A DNA stretch of 64,000 bases from an uncultured delta proteobacterium (GTDB lineage: Bacteria > Desulfobacterota > Desulfobacteria > Desulfobacterales > JAFDCJ01). Position numbers and translations under genes: made by a program. Each line of letters begins with the position of its first letter. Position 1 is the first letter of the stretch. The stretch covers positions 1 through 64,000 of the forward strand of contig CAVYNY010000034.1 in assembly GCA_963769935.1 (NCBI GenBank), written 5' to 3'. This document shows positions 12,322-21,444 of this stretch, piece by piece. Under the pieces are notes generated by a model. It saw only the letters and a list, made by a program, of their open reading frames with translations. It did no database searches and was not told the DNA's origin.

Positions 12322-13464
12322 CTATTTTTTCTGTTCCAGCAACGCATGGGCCTTTTTGAGCTGCTCGGATATTGGAATTCCCTGAGGGCATTTTTCTTCA
12401 CATTCAAAGCACTCGACACAGTTGTCGGCCCGTTTATCCTTCGGGAGATTGCCATACAGGAAGCGGGGGGCACGGGGGTTTTCGTAGATAAGTGCATCGT
12501 TATAATATTTCAGTATATCGGCAATCTCGACGCCATTGGGGCAGGGCATACAATATTTGCAATTCGTGCAGGGGACCGGCGCCAAACGGCGGTATTCTTC
12601 CCGGACTTTGTCAACGAGAATCAGCTCGGCCTCCGAGAGCATGCCGGCATCCGCACGACCAGCGCTGTCGAGATTTTCATTAACCTGCTGCATGGTGGAC
12701 ATACCGCTGAGCACCACGGAAACCTCCGGATGATTCCAAATCCATTGCAAGGCCCAATCGGCAGGTGTACGCCGCACATCAGCCCTTTGCCATATTGCCT
12801 GAATGGATTTCGGAACTTTCAGGGTCAATTGGCCGCCGCGCAAAGGCTCCATTATGACGACAGCCAGCCCCTTAGCGGCAGCATATTCAAGTCCTTGGGT
12901 ACCGGCCTGATATTCGATGTCCATGAAGTTGTATTGAATCTGGCAGAAAGTCCAGCCGTCGTAGGCATCGACGATATCTTTGAATGTTTCGAATTCGTCG
13001 TGAAACGAAAAGCCCAAATAGCGAATCCTTCCGTCGGCGATAGCGTGCTCGGCCCAATTAAGAATTTTCCAGTCCCTGAGCTTTGGCCAGTAGGTTGAGT
13101 TCAGCGCATGCAAAAGGTAAAAATCGATGTAATCGGTCTGAAGTTTAGCGAGCTGCTCGTCCAGGAAGCGGTCGAAATCATCCGGTTTTTCGACAAGCCA
13201 GGAAGGAAGTTTGGTGGCCAACCTGACCTTTTTGCGGTAGCCGTTCAGCAGGGCTTTTCCCACAACCTCTTCGCTATGCTTTTCATGATAGGTGTAGGCC
13301 GTATCAACATAATTGACACCCTGATCGACAGCCTGCCGGATCATCTTAATTGCTTCGGCTTCATCGACATCGGAAGCGTTTTTGCCGATAACAGGCAGCC
13401 GCATGGCGCCGAACCCCAAAGCAGAAACGTCCCAGTCTAAACTTCCAAATTTTCTGAATTTCAT
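12322..13464 (-). CDS. Aldo/keto reductase with C-terminal 4Fe-4S domain
   Basis: GFGAMRLP and DTAYTY motifs; two CxxCxxCxxC(P)-type motifs. Confidence 0.92.
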   Translation of the reverse strand: MKFRKFGSLDWDVSALGFGAMRLPVIGKNASDVDEAEAIKMIRQAVDQGVNYVDTAYTYHEKHSEEVVGKALLNGYRKKVRLATKLPSWLVEKPDDFDRFLDEQLAKLQTDYIDFYLLHALNSTYWPKLRDWKILNWAEHAIADGRIRYLGFSFHDEFETFKDIVDAYDGWTFCQIQYNFMDIEYQAGTQGLEYAAAKGLAVVIMEPLRGGQLTLKVPKSIQAIWQRADVRRTPADWALQWIWNHPEVSVVLSGMSTMQQVNENLDSAGRADAGMLSEAELILVDKVREEYRRLAPVPCTNCKYCMPCPNGVEIADILKYYNDALIYENPRAPRFLYGNLPKDKRADNCVECFECEEKCPQGIPISEQLKKAHALLEQKK

Positions 13465-13503
13465 TTGAATTCCTTCTCAGATAAGCATACCAACTTTTGA
13501 TGC

Positions 13504-14181
13504 CTAATCAAGGTTTGACAACCGTTCTTTCCTGCGGCGCTCAAAACTTTTTCCGACCACTGCTCCGATCAGCGAACCGATGATGGCGCCGGCAACGAAT
13601 TCCGAAAACCAGTGGATTCTTATCGAGACGCCAATGCCCACATAGAATGCGTAAAAAATAGCCGCGTACCGCAGAAGTTTGTTCTCAGGATATAATTTCC
13701 AAAGCACGACGGCCATGGCAAACGCGACGGTTGTGTGTGAAGAAGGCCAGCCCCAAAACATTCCGCCGCGCAAAAAACCGAGCCGGAATCCGTGGCTGGT
13801 GTCGACCAGTGCACCGTGGCCAAAGAAATACGGGGGCGGGATTCTGCCGGTAAATGCTTTGTAAAAGGAAGAAACAGCCAGACCCAACATGGCGGCTTGT
13901 CCCAAGGCAAAGGCCGTCGTTTTGATTTTGAAATCTTTTCTCAGTACACCGGTTGCCAACAGGATCAGTGGAACAACTATCGGCAAAATCATACCGAGCC
14001 TGACCGCTGGGCGAAAAAGTACGTGCAGGATCGGTTTTTGGCTGGAGATAAAATAGTACCAATCAAAATCGGAAGCTACGATGATGAAGGTAAGAACTAT
14101 GGCCAAAAAGTGCCAGAGCAAATTATAGCCCTTAAAACACCGGACGATGTTTTTAGGCAACTGGTATAGAAATCCCGGCAT
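13504..14181 (-). CDS. PAP2 family phosphatase (membrane)
   Basis: K..TGR.PP, PSSH and IHWFSE motifs; hydrophobic helices. Confidence 0.85.
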   Translation of the reverse strand: MPGFLYQLPKNIVRCFKGYNLLWHFLAIVLTFIIVASDFDWYYFISSQKPILHVLFRPAVRLGMILPIVVPLILLATGVLRKDFKIKTTAFALGQAAMLGLAVSSFYKAFTGRIPPPYFFGHGALVDTSHGFRLGFLRGGMFWGWPSSHTTVAFAMAVVLWKLYPENKLLRYAAIFYAFYVGIGVSIRIHWFSEFVAGAIIGSLIGAVVGKSFERRRKERLSNLD

Positions 14182-14331
14182 ACAATCAAGAAATCTTCAC
14201 AAGGTTCAAGACATGGCCATCCCCAAACTCCCGGTTCCCGGCACCGACTTCTTTTCCGCAACTCCGGGCGGTTTTTCCCAATCGGCTGTTATCGCCGCGT
14301 CAACGTGTGACATCGAAAATGGGCACGTGCC

Positions 14332-15069
14332 TTAAAATGCAAGATAGACGGCGACATAATAGGAGAACTTGTTGCTGGAGGTATTTGTTATTCCACGACC
14401 GGCCGAGTACAAAAGCTGGAAACTGTCAAACAGCGGAACGCCGCCTCCGACATTAAAGCCGCTGCTGTCCTTGCCATCTTCCGTGTCGGCCGTCTGGTGG
14501 AAAATCTCCCCGCCCAGGTAAAAGGTGTCGGAAAAAGAGTATTGCAACAGGATGCCGGAGAACCAATAGTCCTTGTTCTCCGAACCCGGATTGATCCAAT
14601 AGCCTCCACCGCCATAGGTGGTCCAGTTGCCGAAGCTTTTCTGCAGCCAGAGCGGGAGGAAATACTGGGCCTGCCCATTGCCTAAACCTTTGTCCTCGTC
14701 CCCTGTAGGAATCTCGACCAACGGGAACATTCCAATCGCCGGCAGCACATCGGTTTCATGGACAAGGCGGTATTTTATCCCGATCTCCGTGTCACCATAG
14801 CCGAAATGCGAAGCTTCATCCTGCGGCGCGTCGTAGGCCATGGGGGTAATGGCGTGAAACTGCGTATCGGGCAGAATGCCATAGTTAAATTCCGCTGCAG
14901 GACCCACTCCGCTCGTTCCCCCCGAATCGTGGGTGCCGGTGGAAAAAAGATAAATTTCACCGTGATGATAGTCGACAGGGATGGGATCATCCGTGCGAAA
15001 AGGCGGCCCGGCAAAGCTGCTTACGGCCGGAATCAGCCACAGTATCGATATCAGGATGATCTTTTTCAA
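14332..15069 (-). CDS. Secreted/outer-membrane beta-barrel-like hypothetical protein
   Basis: Signal peptide, GPPFRTDDP N-terminus, alternating aromatic strands, C-terminal Phe; TTG start. Confidence 0.7.
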   Translation of the reverse strand: MKKIILISILWLIPAVSSFAGPPFRTDDPIPVDYHHGEIYLFSTGTHDSGGTSGVGPAAEFNYGILPDTQFHAITPMAYDAPQDEASHFGYGDTEIGIKYRLVHETDVLPAIGMFPLVEIPTGDEDKGLGNGQAQYFLPLWLQKSFGNWTTYGGGGYWINPGSENKDYWFSGILLQYSFSDTFYLGGEIFHQTADTEDGKDSSGFNVGGGVPLFDSFQLLYSAGRGITNTSSNKFSYYVAVYLAF

Positions 15070-15308
15070 AATTTCCTCCGCGATTTCAGAATCCGTGGAA
15101 AGGATGCATTCAGCTTAGTGGGAGAGTCAGGATTGGGTCAGCTTTTTTGGTTGCAGCATTGAGGAATTTTCTATTCAGTCTGTCGGATATTGTCAAGGAA
15201 ATTATTGCAGCCGGGTGAACCCGATGTGCAATTTACTAGGAGCGATGCTTGAGAAAGATATAGTCTGAATGGCTTTTTCAGTCAGCCTTAATCCGATTGT
15301 TGGCCTTC

Positions 15309-15641
15309 CTATTCACCGTTTAGTTGCAGCGCAATTTTCAGTGCTCTTTCAAGCAGGCGTATCTTCGCGGGAGGGAGCTTGCCGACGTAGTTTGTCAACA
15401 TGGACTTCGGAAGACTGATAAGTTCGTCGCAATGAATGCCGCTATCATGCTCCAGACCTTCGTCGATTCCAACCGGAACTTGGGTTGAGAGGCCTTCGTA
15501 GGCCGTGCAAACCGGGGCACAAATAACTGTTGAAAATCGGGAATCGATTAGAATTTGGCGACTTACGATGACGAACACACGAAACTTTTTCGGATCACGC
15601 GACGAGGGGCGCATGACCCTGTATAACTCGCCACGTCTCAC
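15309..15641 (-). CDS. mazF: MazF/PemK family toxin
   Basis: MRRGELY...R.FVIVSRQ...TVICAPV...CDEL.SLPK; GTG start overlaps the antitoxin stop. Confidence 0.88.
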   Translation of the reverse strand: MRRGELYRVMRPSSRDPKKFRVFVIVSRQILIDSRFSTVICAPVCTAYEGLSTQVPVGIDEGLEHDSGIHCDELISLPKSMLTNYVGKLPPAKIRLLERALKIALQLNGE

Positions 15642-15868
15642 AGCGGCACCTGATAAGTGAGTACATCTTCTGCCTCAGCGTTGAGCGAATCCGCACAGCG
15701 ATTGATGATCTCAAGATCACGCTGCTCAGCTTCTTTTCGTGCCAATTGAACGATGAATTTTCGTGCCGCCGTCTCCAGGAACTCCGAACGGCTTTTGTAC
15801 TCTGCCATATGCAGATCGATAGCCTTAAGTACCTCGTCCGATAGTGTGATTGATGTCTTGATTTTCAT
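15638..15868 (-). CDS. Ribbon-helix-helix antitoxin
   Basis: [18 protein letters not shown]...SRSEFLE.A; own GGAGG RBS; coupled to the toxin. Confidence 0.85.
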   Translation of the reverse strand: MKIKTSITLSDEVLKAIDLHMAEYKSRSEFLETAARKFIVQLARKEAEQRDLEIINRCADSLNAEAEDVLTYQVPL

Positions 15869-15924
15869 ACTACTAAAATGCCACCTCCGATGGATTATGT
15901 CAAGCCCTATTCTCCGGACCGAAC

Positions 15925-16153
15925 TTCCGGTAATCCGGTCTTTGGCCTCCCGCACTGCTTTGGCCGCCACCCAACCGCCAAGGCTGCAAATTAGGCCTCC
16001 TCCAACCAATTCAGGTCTTTTACCGTCTCTAATGCCTTTCCCTACAAAGGAATCACGATCTTCATTGTCCCAGAAAATTTTCCGGCGTTCGATTCCGCGG
16101 ATTATAATATGGTGCAGCGCACCCGCAGCATCAATTCTGGCTTTTCGTGGCAT
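15925..16153 (-). pseudogene. Internally deleted N-terminal remnant of a RAYT/Y1 (IS200-like) transposase
   Basis: MPRKARIDAAGALHHIIIRGIERRKIF..D.DR..FV joined directly to the later motif GKRPELVGGGLI.SLGGW; the HUH/Tyr core is missing. Confidence 0.8.
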
Positions 16154-16190
16154 GTCTGTTCAAATAGCCGCTAAACTCCCGCCTATCAAT

Positions 16191-16213
16191 CAATATATCA
16201 ATACCCGTCCCTA
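16191..16213. repeat. 23-bp end motif of the RAYT-like element (inverted copy at 16832-16854)
   Basis: CAATATATCAATACCCGTCCCTA, exact reverse complement of 16832-16854. Confidence 0.85.
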
Positions 16214-16295
16214 ATATCCTCCTATGCATTAGCCAGGGTGTCAGGGGAGTGCAGATACATTGAGAATACATGCAAAATCTGAAAAATCTAGATTT

Positions 16296-16355
16296 GTTTA
16301 CAGTATCTGCAAATTCGAGAGCCTCAATTTTTTACAGATGCCCAGTTATCTGCAA
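16296..16355 (+). other. Putative recombination site, class A
   Basis: GTTTACA-GTATCTGCAA-N19-TTACAGATGC...TATCTGCAA; preceded by a partial class C site at 16250-16269. Confidence 0.65.
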
Positions 16356-16392
16356 TTGAGGCTTTTTAGCGATTCGTTGGAGATAGAAGGGA

Positions 16393-16686
16393 TTAGGCAA
16401 TAGTTTTTATCACTTCTTTTATCTGATCAATTGAAGCAAGTGGGATAACCTTGAAACGAAAGAAAGGCATAAACTTAATCGTCATGTTTATAATTTCGTC
16501 CCGTGTCCCGTCAGCAATTATGAAGCCGTTGGGTTGACCTACAAATGCTCCATAGTCTTTAACGAGACCGTCTTTCATGTGTTGTTCTACCATCTCAGTT
16601 GCCATTTGCCATCCAATCTTCCTCTCCTCAGGGGCAATTGGTATTTTGCTCTCATCAGCTTCCCAAAGTACTAAATATCTTCCCAT
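16393..16686 (-). CDS. Small hypothetical protein (DUF3303/dimeric alpha-beta barrel-like)
   Basis: MGRYLVLWE...G.VKDYGAFVG...G; GGAGG RBS. Confidence 0.7.
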   Translation of the reverse strand: MGRYLVLWEADESKIPIAPEERKIGWQMATEMVEQHMKDGLVKDYGAFVGQPNGFIIADGTRDEIINMTIKFMPFFRFKVIPLASIDQIKEVIKTIA

Positions 16687-16831
16687 TTTTTGACCTCCTT
16701 TTCGGTATTCCTTAATTACCATGCATTTTGTGAAAGTCTTAGATGTTATTTAAGTAAATATCGGAACGGTATTGCTCTTTGTTTTACTTTACTTGTGAGA
16801 ACGGGTAGACTCCATAGCCTGGGGGAATAAA

Positions 16832-16854
16832 TAGGGACGGGTATTGATATATTG
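16832..16854. repeat. 23-bp end motif of the RAYT-like element
   Basis: TAGGGACGGGTATTGATATATTG. Confidence 0.85.
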
Positions 16855-16861
16855 GAATAAA

Positions 16862-17017
16862 TTACCCGATCAGCTTAAGTCCCTTTTCTTTTACAATCTT
16901 TTCGCCCTGTTTTACCGACTGACTGGCCGTAGGTTGCGAAATGCCAAGCTCCCGGGCTGCCCAGTAGCATAATACGCCGCGGGCCTCCACCGTATCCGGG
17001 TACCTGCCCTGGCGCAT
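16862..17017 (-). pseudogene. C-terminal remnant of a RAYT-like transposase (HTH-like tail)
   Basis: A frame absent from the ORF track reads MRQGRYPDTVEARGVLCYWAARELGISQPTASQSVKQGEKIVKEKGLKLIG*, typical of the C-terminus of this transposase family. Confidence 0.75.
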
Positions 17018-17287
17018 TATTGATTTGGAGAAAATATAGAAGAATCGGTAGGGAATTAAGATAAGAATTAGCTGTCAGAAAATTTTCTCGGCATAAAGTA
17101 CCACTATGTGCCAAGCATGTCAAGAGAAACATTTTGGAGGCCGCTTGGCAGTGTTACAATTTTATAAATAATTCATATAGGTTAAGCGTATCTCAATAAA
17201 ATTAGGCCTTTCGAAAATTGACGTAGCAGGTAGATCAATTTGAATTTTGGTAAATTTTGGAGTGCAGAGGCAGGGCGTCGGCAAGCT

Positions 17288-18124
17288 TCATTTTTGGCCG
17301 ACATAAGCTACTTCGCCGTTAGGATTGAAGTTCAGGCGCGGCGGGTTCTTATCCAACTCCAGCAAGAGCAATGAATGGCCGCCAGTGCTTTGGATCGAGT
17401 TTCCCACCCGGTTGAGCTCGATTTCAACAACGCCCAATCTTTGATAATCGGAGGCAACCCTGACTTTCCTTTGGCTCAGCTTGGTGATGGTTACCGTGAC
17501 ATCCGACATGGAACTGCCTTTGGAATCTGAGATCACACGTCCATGGTAAACGCCCGCTACCAGATCGGCCAGATCAACAGTAGGAGATTTATCTCCGCTG
17601 CCGACCAAAACCCAATAAACAACCAGGCCCAAGAAAACGGCAATTGCCGGCACCGAAGCCCACTTCCAGCGAAATCGCTGACGGAACTCATGAACCGGAG
17701 AGGCAGCCGGCGGGCACAATGCCGTAGCCTTGCCTGGCGCAACCTTGGCCGCGACGCCGTTGAACAGCGCTTGAAATCCCTCCTGGCTGGTATCCCCATC
17801 CCAGCCTACCAGGTCAGCGGTCTGCCTGCGTCTGAATTCAAGCGGCAGCTTCACGCGGTCGATCAAGGCCGGCACCAGCACGCCGCGCTCCGTTGCGACG
17901 GCCGCCTCGTTTTTCACCCACTCCGAGTCGATAGATTCCTTGGACCACAGCACGATGACACATTTGGCAGCCTCGAGTTCGCTCTCGATGGTCTTATCAA
18001 AGGCCTGGCCCACCACGATTTTGCGATCCCACCACACGGACCATCCGCAGGATTCCAGCACGCCTGCGATCCTGCCGGCCCGCTCCCGGTCCTCGCTGGC
18101 ATAGCTGATGAAAATATCAGCCAT
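17288..18124 (-). CDS. TIR domain protein with a TM helix and C-terminal domain
   Basis: DIFISYASED...VWWD...VIVLWSKESIDSEWVKNEA (conserved Glu); one hydrophobic helix; AAGGAGG RBS. Confidence 0.88.
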   Translation of the reverse strand: MADIFISYASEDRERAGRIAGVLESCGWSVWWDRKIVVGQAFDKTIESELEAAKCVIVLWSKESIDSEWVKNEAAVATERGVLVPALIDRVKLPLEFRRRQTADLVGWDGDTSQEGFQALFNGVAAKVAPGKATALCPPAASPVHEFRQRFRWKWASVPAIAVFLGLVVYWVLVGSGDKSPTVDLADLVAGVYHGRVISDSKGSSMSDVTVTITKLSQRKVRVASDYQRLGVVEIELNRVGNSIQSTGGHSLLLLELDKNPPRLNFNPNGEVAYVGQK

Positions 18125-18336
18125 ATTCTATCCTCCTTAAGTTTTTAAAAAATGGTTTCAAAATAATTAACTTCCTCAACTTAGTGCATGAAGTTTTGTC
18201 CACCGAATCTATCTCCCAAATCAGTAGTAATACAGTTCGGTTTATCAAGTAAATTCTAATGTTATGCAAAAGGCTGTAAATGCGATCTCTTCATCTGTAA
18301 AATATTAGAACGCTAGATAGTTGTTTCTTGTTGGAG

Positions 18337-18387
18337 GTATCTGCAAATTTTGAGTTTTGTGAATATCGAAGATTACCAGAGGATATA
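18337..18387 (+). other. Putative recombination site, class A (degenerate right arm)
   Basis: GTATCTGCAA-N19-TCGAAGATTA-CCAGAGGATAT. Confidence 0.45.
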
Positions 18388-18412
18388 CGTCTTGTAATTC
18401 TATCTGTCCGAC

Positions 18413-20419
18413 CTATGAATCCTCTCCACGTTTTTGCGATGGCGGTTTGCGATCGCTCTCCTCTTCGTCGTCCGGCTCAGCGGAGAGCCGCTCGGACGTT
18501 TCCCACACCTGCGACTCGAAAGTGCCGGCCTCGACCGAGCCCCGCGGCGGATAGTCGAGAGTACCTTTGAGCTGCTCAATTCTGTCGGCCGCAAGTCTTG
18601 GAAACGGCAGCTTGCCGGCTTTGCGCCAAGATTCAACTTCTTTCGCAGCCGTCTCACCACGCTCACCGTCGAGTCCGTCGTCGCGACCCATGTAGAGGGT
18701 CTGTGAAGGAAAGGCAAAGCTGCTTCCCGACTTTTTAACTATATCGCTCATTCGCAGCAAGACGTCTTCGCGTATGGCGTGGAATTCGTTGAAGTCCTGG
18801 GTCAGCGCATATATCCGGACGCCAATGTCGAGGGAGGATTGACCGAAGTTTGCAAAGCGCACGCGCACCGTGTCGGAGTGGATCTTGGGATGGGCATGGA
18901 GCATCTCGCGAAACTTCACCAGCACATGGCGCAATTGATCATTTTCGGTCTCGTAGCGGAGACCGATGGTCGCGTTGATCAGCATCCGATCGCATTTTGC
19001 CCAATTGATCAGCTGCATGTCTGCGAGGGCGGCGTTGGGAACCGTGATCAGAGTGCGATCGAGTGCCCGGAGCTTGGTCGAGCGCACGCCGATGGATTCG
19101 ACGGTGCCGGTTTTGTCTCCAAAATTGCAGAAATCGCCGACCCGCACGGGATGGTCCAGATAGAGCATAACGCCACCGATCAGGTTTTCGAGGGTCGGGC
19201 GAATCGCAAGCGCGACAGCCAAACCGCCAATTCCCAGGCCGGCTACCACGCTATAGAGGGGCAGCCCCAGTTTCTGTGCTGCTGTACCGATGATCACCAC
19301 GCTGACCGCAGTCCCGATGGCGCGGGCACCAAGGCGCCAGAGATGCGCGTCGAAACTTTCTTCTGGGATATTCCTTGCCTGGACGATTCGCTCGAAGATG
19401 GCGAGCACGGCCATCCATAACAGCCAGACAGCGGCGGCATGGATCAAAATGGTTGCCATAACGTCAACCACGGCCGAGAATGCGCCTGAAACATTGATTT
19501 GGTATGCAATGAAATTCTTGAGGCTCCAGACCACCACAAGGATTGCGATTGGCGTAAGAGCACGACGCAGCAGGAAGCCAACACGATTGTCGATTTCGCG
19601 GCGGCTGATCGCACGGTGAAAGACGAACAGCAGGAGTGTTGCGAGGACACTAACGAGGGCGACCGCGATGACTTTCCATTTTGGTGTATCCAGCCAGAAG
19701 TCGCGCAGACTTTGCGGTACGATTCTGAGCACCGCCGCCGGGATCATCGGTCCGGTAATCTGGCGCATAGCGCGATGCCAGCTAATGATGGGCAAAGACG
19801 TTTGCAGAGGCAGATCTTTAATACCTTGGTAGAAACGCGGCGCAGCCTTAACCGTGCGTTCGCTGAACAGAAACTCCCCCTCTCGCGGTCCCTTATCGGC
19901 GCGGACAATCCGGATTGGGGTGCCGGGGATGCGCCATTTCGCGAGTGACACATCATCGTCGAAGGCCCTTTCGTCAGGAACACTTTCTAGGTTAGGCAAT
20001 TCGACACGCCCAAGGATGTCGAGCAAATATGCAGTTGTTTCGGTTCCGATCTCAAAGCGAAGCGATGGCGGGACAGAGGACAGGTCTATCAGCGCGTGGA
20101 ACTGAGAGTTAATCACGTGCACCTTCTCGGCAAGCTTACGGGATTTGTCCAACCTATAGGAGCGCAAGGTCTGTTCCAGCTCGTCCCTTAGGCGGAGAAA
20201 CGATTTGAGCGTGGCACGCGGGCTGTCCGTTAGGATGGGTCTGATCGTGGGCTTACCGCTGGCAGTCTGCTGCGTCCCCGTGAGCGTGATCTCCCCGACT
20301 GATTTGGTTTCTGTTGTTTGCTGGGCGTGAATGGAAGTGGCGGCGCAGCAAATCAGGACGAGGGCAAGCCACCACCGTAAGGCAGTGGGATATTCGAATT
20401 TCGAAGACAAAATAAACAA
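18413..20419 (-). CDS. mscS: MscS family mechanosensitive channel with large periplasmic N-terminus
   Basis: DSPRATL, GLGIGGLAVALA, RVGDFC, GTVESIGVRSTKLR and FAFPSQT motifs. Confidence 0.9.
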   Translation of the reverse strand: MFILSSKFEYPTALRWWLALVLICCAATSIHAQQTTETKSVGEITLTGTQQTASGKPTIRPILTDSPRATLKSFLRLRDELEQTLRSYRLDKSRKLAEKVHVINSQFHALIDLSSVPPSLRFEIGTETTAYLLDILGRVELPNLESVPDERAFDDDVSLAKWRIPGTPIRIVRADKGPREGEFLFSERTVKAAPRFYQGIKDLPLQTSLPIISWHRAMRQITGPMIPAAVLRIVPQSLRDFWLDTPKWKVIAVALVSVLATLLLFVFHRAISRREIDNRVGFLLRRALTPIAILVVVWSLKNFIAYQINVSGAFSAVVDVMATILIHAAAVWLLWMAVLAIFERIVQARNIPEESFDAHLWRLGARAIGTAVSVVIIGTAAQKLGLPLYSVVAGLGIGGLAVALAIRPTLENLIGGVMLYLDHPVRVGDFCNFGDKTGTVESIGVRSTKLRALDRTLITVPNAALADMQLINWAKCDRMLINATIGLRYETENDQLRHVLVKFREMLHAHPKIHSDTVRVRFANFGQSSLDIGVRIYALTQDFNEFHAIREDVLLRMSDIVKKSGSSFAFPSQTLYMGRDDGLDGERGETAAKEVESWRKAGKLPFPRLAADRIEQLKGTLDYPPRGSVEAGTFESQVWETSERLSAEPDDEEESDRKPPSQKRGEDS

Positions 20420-20481
20420 CGTGACCTCCTCTGTGGACCATTAAAATCAGGTTGTTAATATTATGAATGTGTTGATAGACA

Positions 20482-20612
20482 ATACATTCAATATCGCCAA
20501 ACTACAGATATGTAGATGATCTACAAAAAGTTAAAGTTCACTTAATTATGAATTTTTGGCGGATGACCAAGTATCAAACTGACCAAAATTATTGCAGATA
20601 CGAAATGGATAA
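20482..20612 (+). other. Putative recombination sites B and C upstream of the deleted integrase copy
   Basis: CTACAGATATGTAGATGATC (B); CAAGTATC-N21-GATAC-N6-GATAA (C). Confidence 0.65.
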
Positions 20613-20671
20613 ATATGTTTACCTCAGGCGGTTTATGAAAGTCAAACCCAAATACCGAAAGGAGGTAAACC

Positions 20672-21183
20672 ATGAAAATCTCTCAAGCCGCAAAAATGAT
20701 GAAATTATTTTCCAAACCACCAAGGTCCGGAACCGCTTGATGCTTGAATTGATGGCTCGCGGGGGAATGCGTATCGGTGAGGTGTTAAAGCTTCGATTCA
20801 TAGATATTCAGGGTCGCAAATTGATCTTAAAGGATCCCAAAAGCGGAAAAGAACAGGAGGTTGTATTTATTCCCCAAAAAGTGGCCGATCGACTGCGGGA
20901 ATACGCCAGGCAAAAATGCAATAACCCGAACGATCGTATCTTTCCAATTTCGTATGAAGCTGCCAGGATAATGGTGCTAAGAGCCGGAAATATGGTTGGC
21001 ATCCATTTACACCCACATGATCTGCGCAGGCATGCAGCGACGTATGCATCCAGATCCGGTGTTCCTATTGAAATTATTAGCAAAATAATCCTCAGGCACG
21101 CGAATTTGTCAACCACTCAGTTGTATCTTGGAAAGATCAGTGATACCGAAGCCATGCGGTGGATTGAAAATCTTTACGCATAA
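20672..21183 (+). pseudogene. Tyrosine recombinase, internally deleted copy
   Basis: MKISQAAK start joined out of frame to DEIIF...; lacks the 326 bp equivalent to 28984-29309; 3' part nearly identical to 29310-29795. Confidence 0.88.
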
Positions 21184-21191
21184 AATCCTTC

Positions 21192-21224
21192 AGGGTGATC
21201 CTTTTCCACAGATCACCCTTTTTT
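21192..21224 (+). terminator. Intrinsic terminator after the integrase copy
   Basis: AGGGTGATC-loop-GATCACCCT followed by a T run; related copy at 29804-29836. Confidence 0.7.
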
Positions 21225-21444
21225 CTAAGGGATATTATTTGAGTATCTTACGATTTTCAGCCGGTTGATATGTTGGTCATCATAGCAGATATCGCAACCA
21301 GCGCCTTTCTTGAGATTGGTAGGAGATAGCAACACCTGCAATTTTAAGACTTATACCAGAAATCATGTCTTTGATGTATTCCAGGTCCTTCCCGGTAGCG
21401 GACTTGCTGATCCATCTTCAACCGCTTGTTTGACGAAGCCCTAT

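Noticed and set aside
15638..16153. 171-aa transposase-antitoxin fusion ORF
   Set aside because: This looks like a chance in-frame run from a deleted transposase stub into the antitoxin, which has its own RBS and ATG at 15868.
16900..17015. GC-rich structured-looking stretch suggesting a riboswitch
   Set aside because: It translates on the - strand as the C-terminus of a RAYT-like transposase.
20548..21183. Intact 211-aa integrase as listed in the ORF track
   Set aside because: Its N-terminus is translated non-coding site C sequence; the real start (20672) is out of frame after the deletion.
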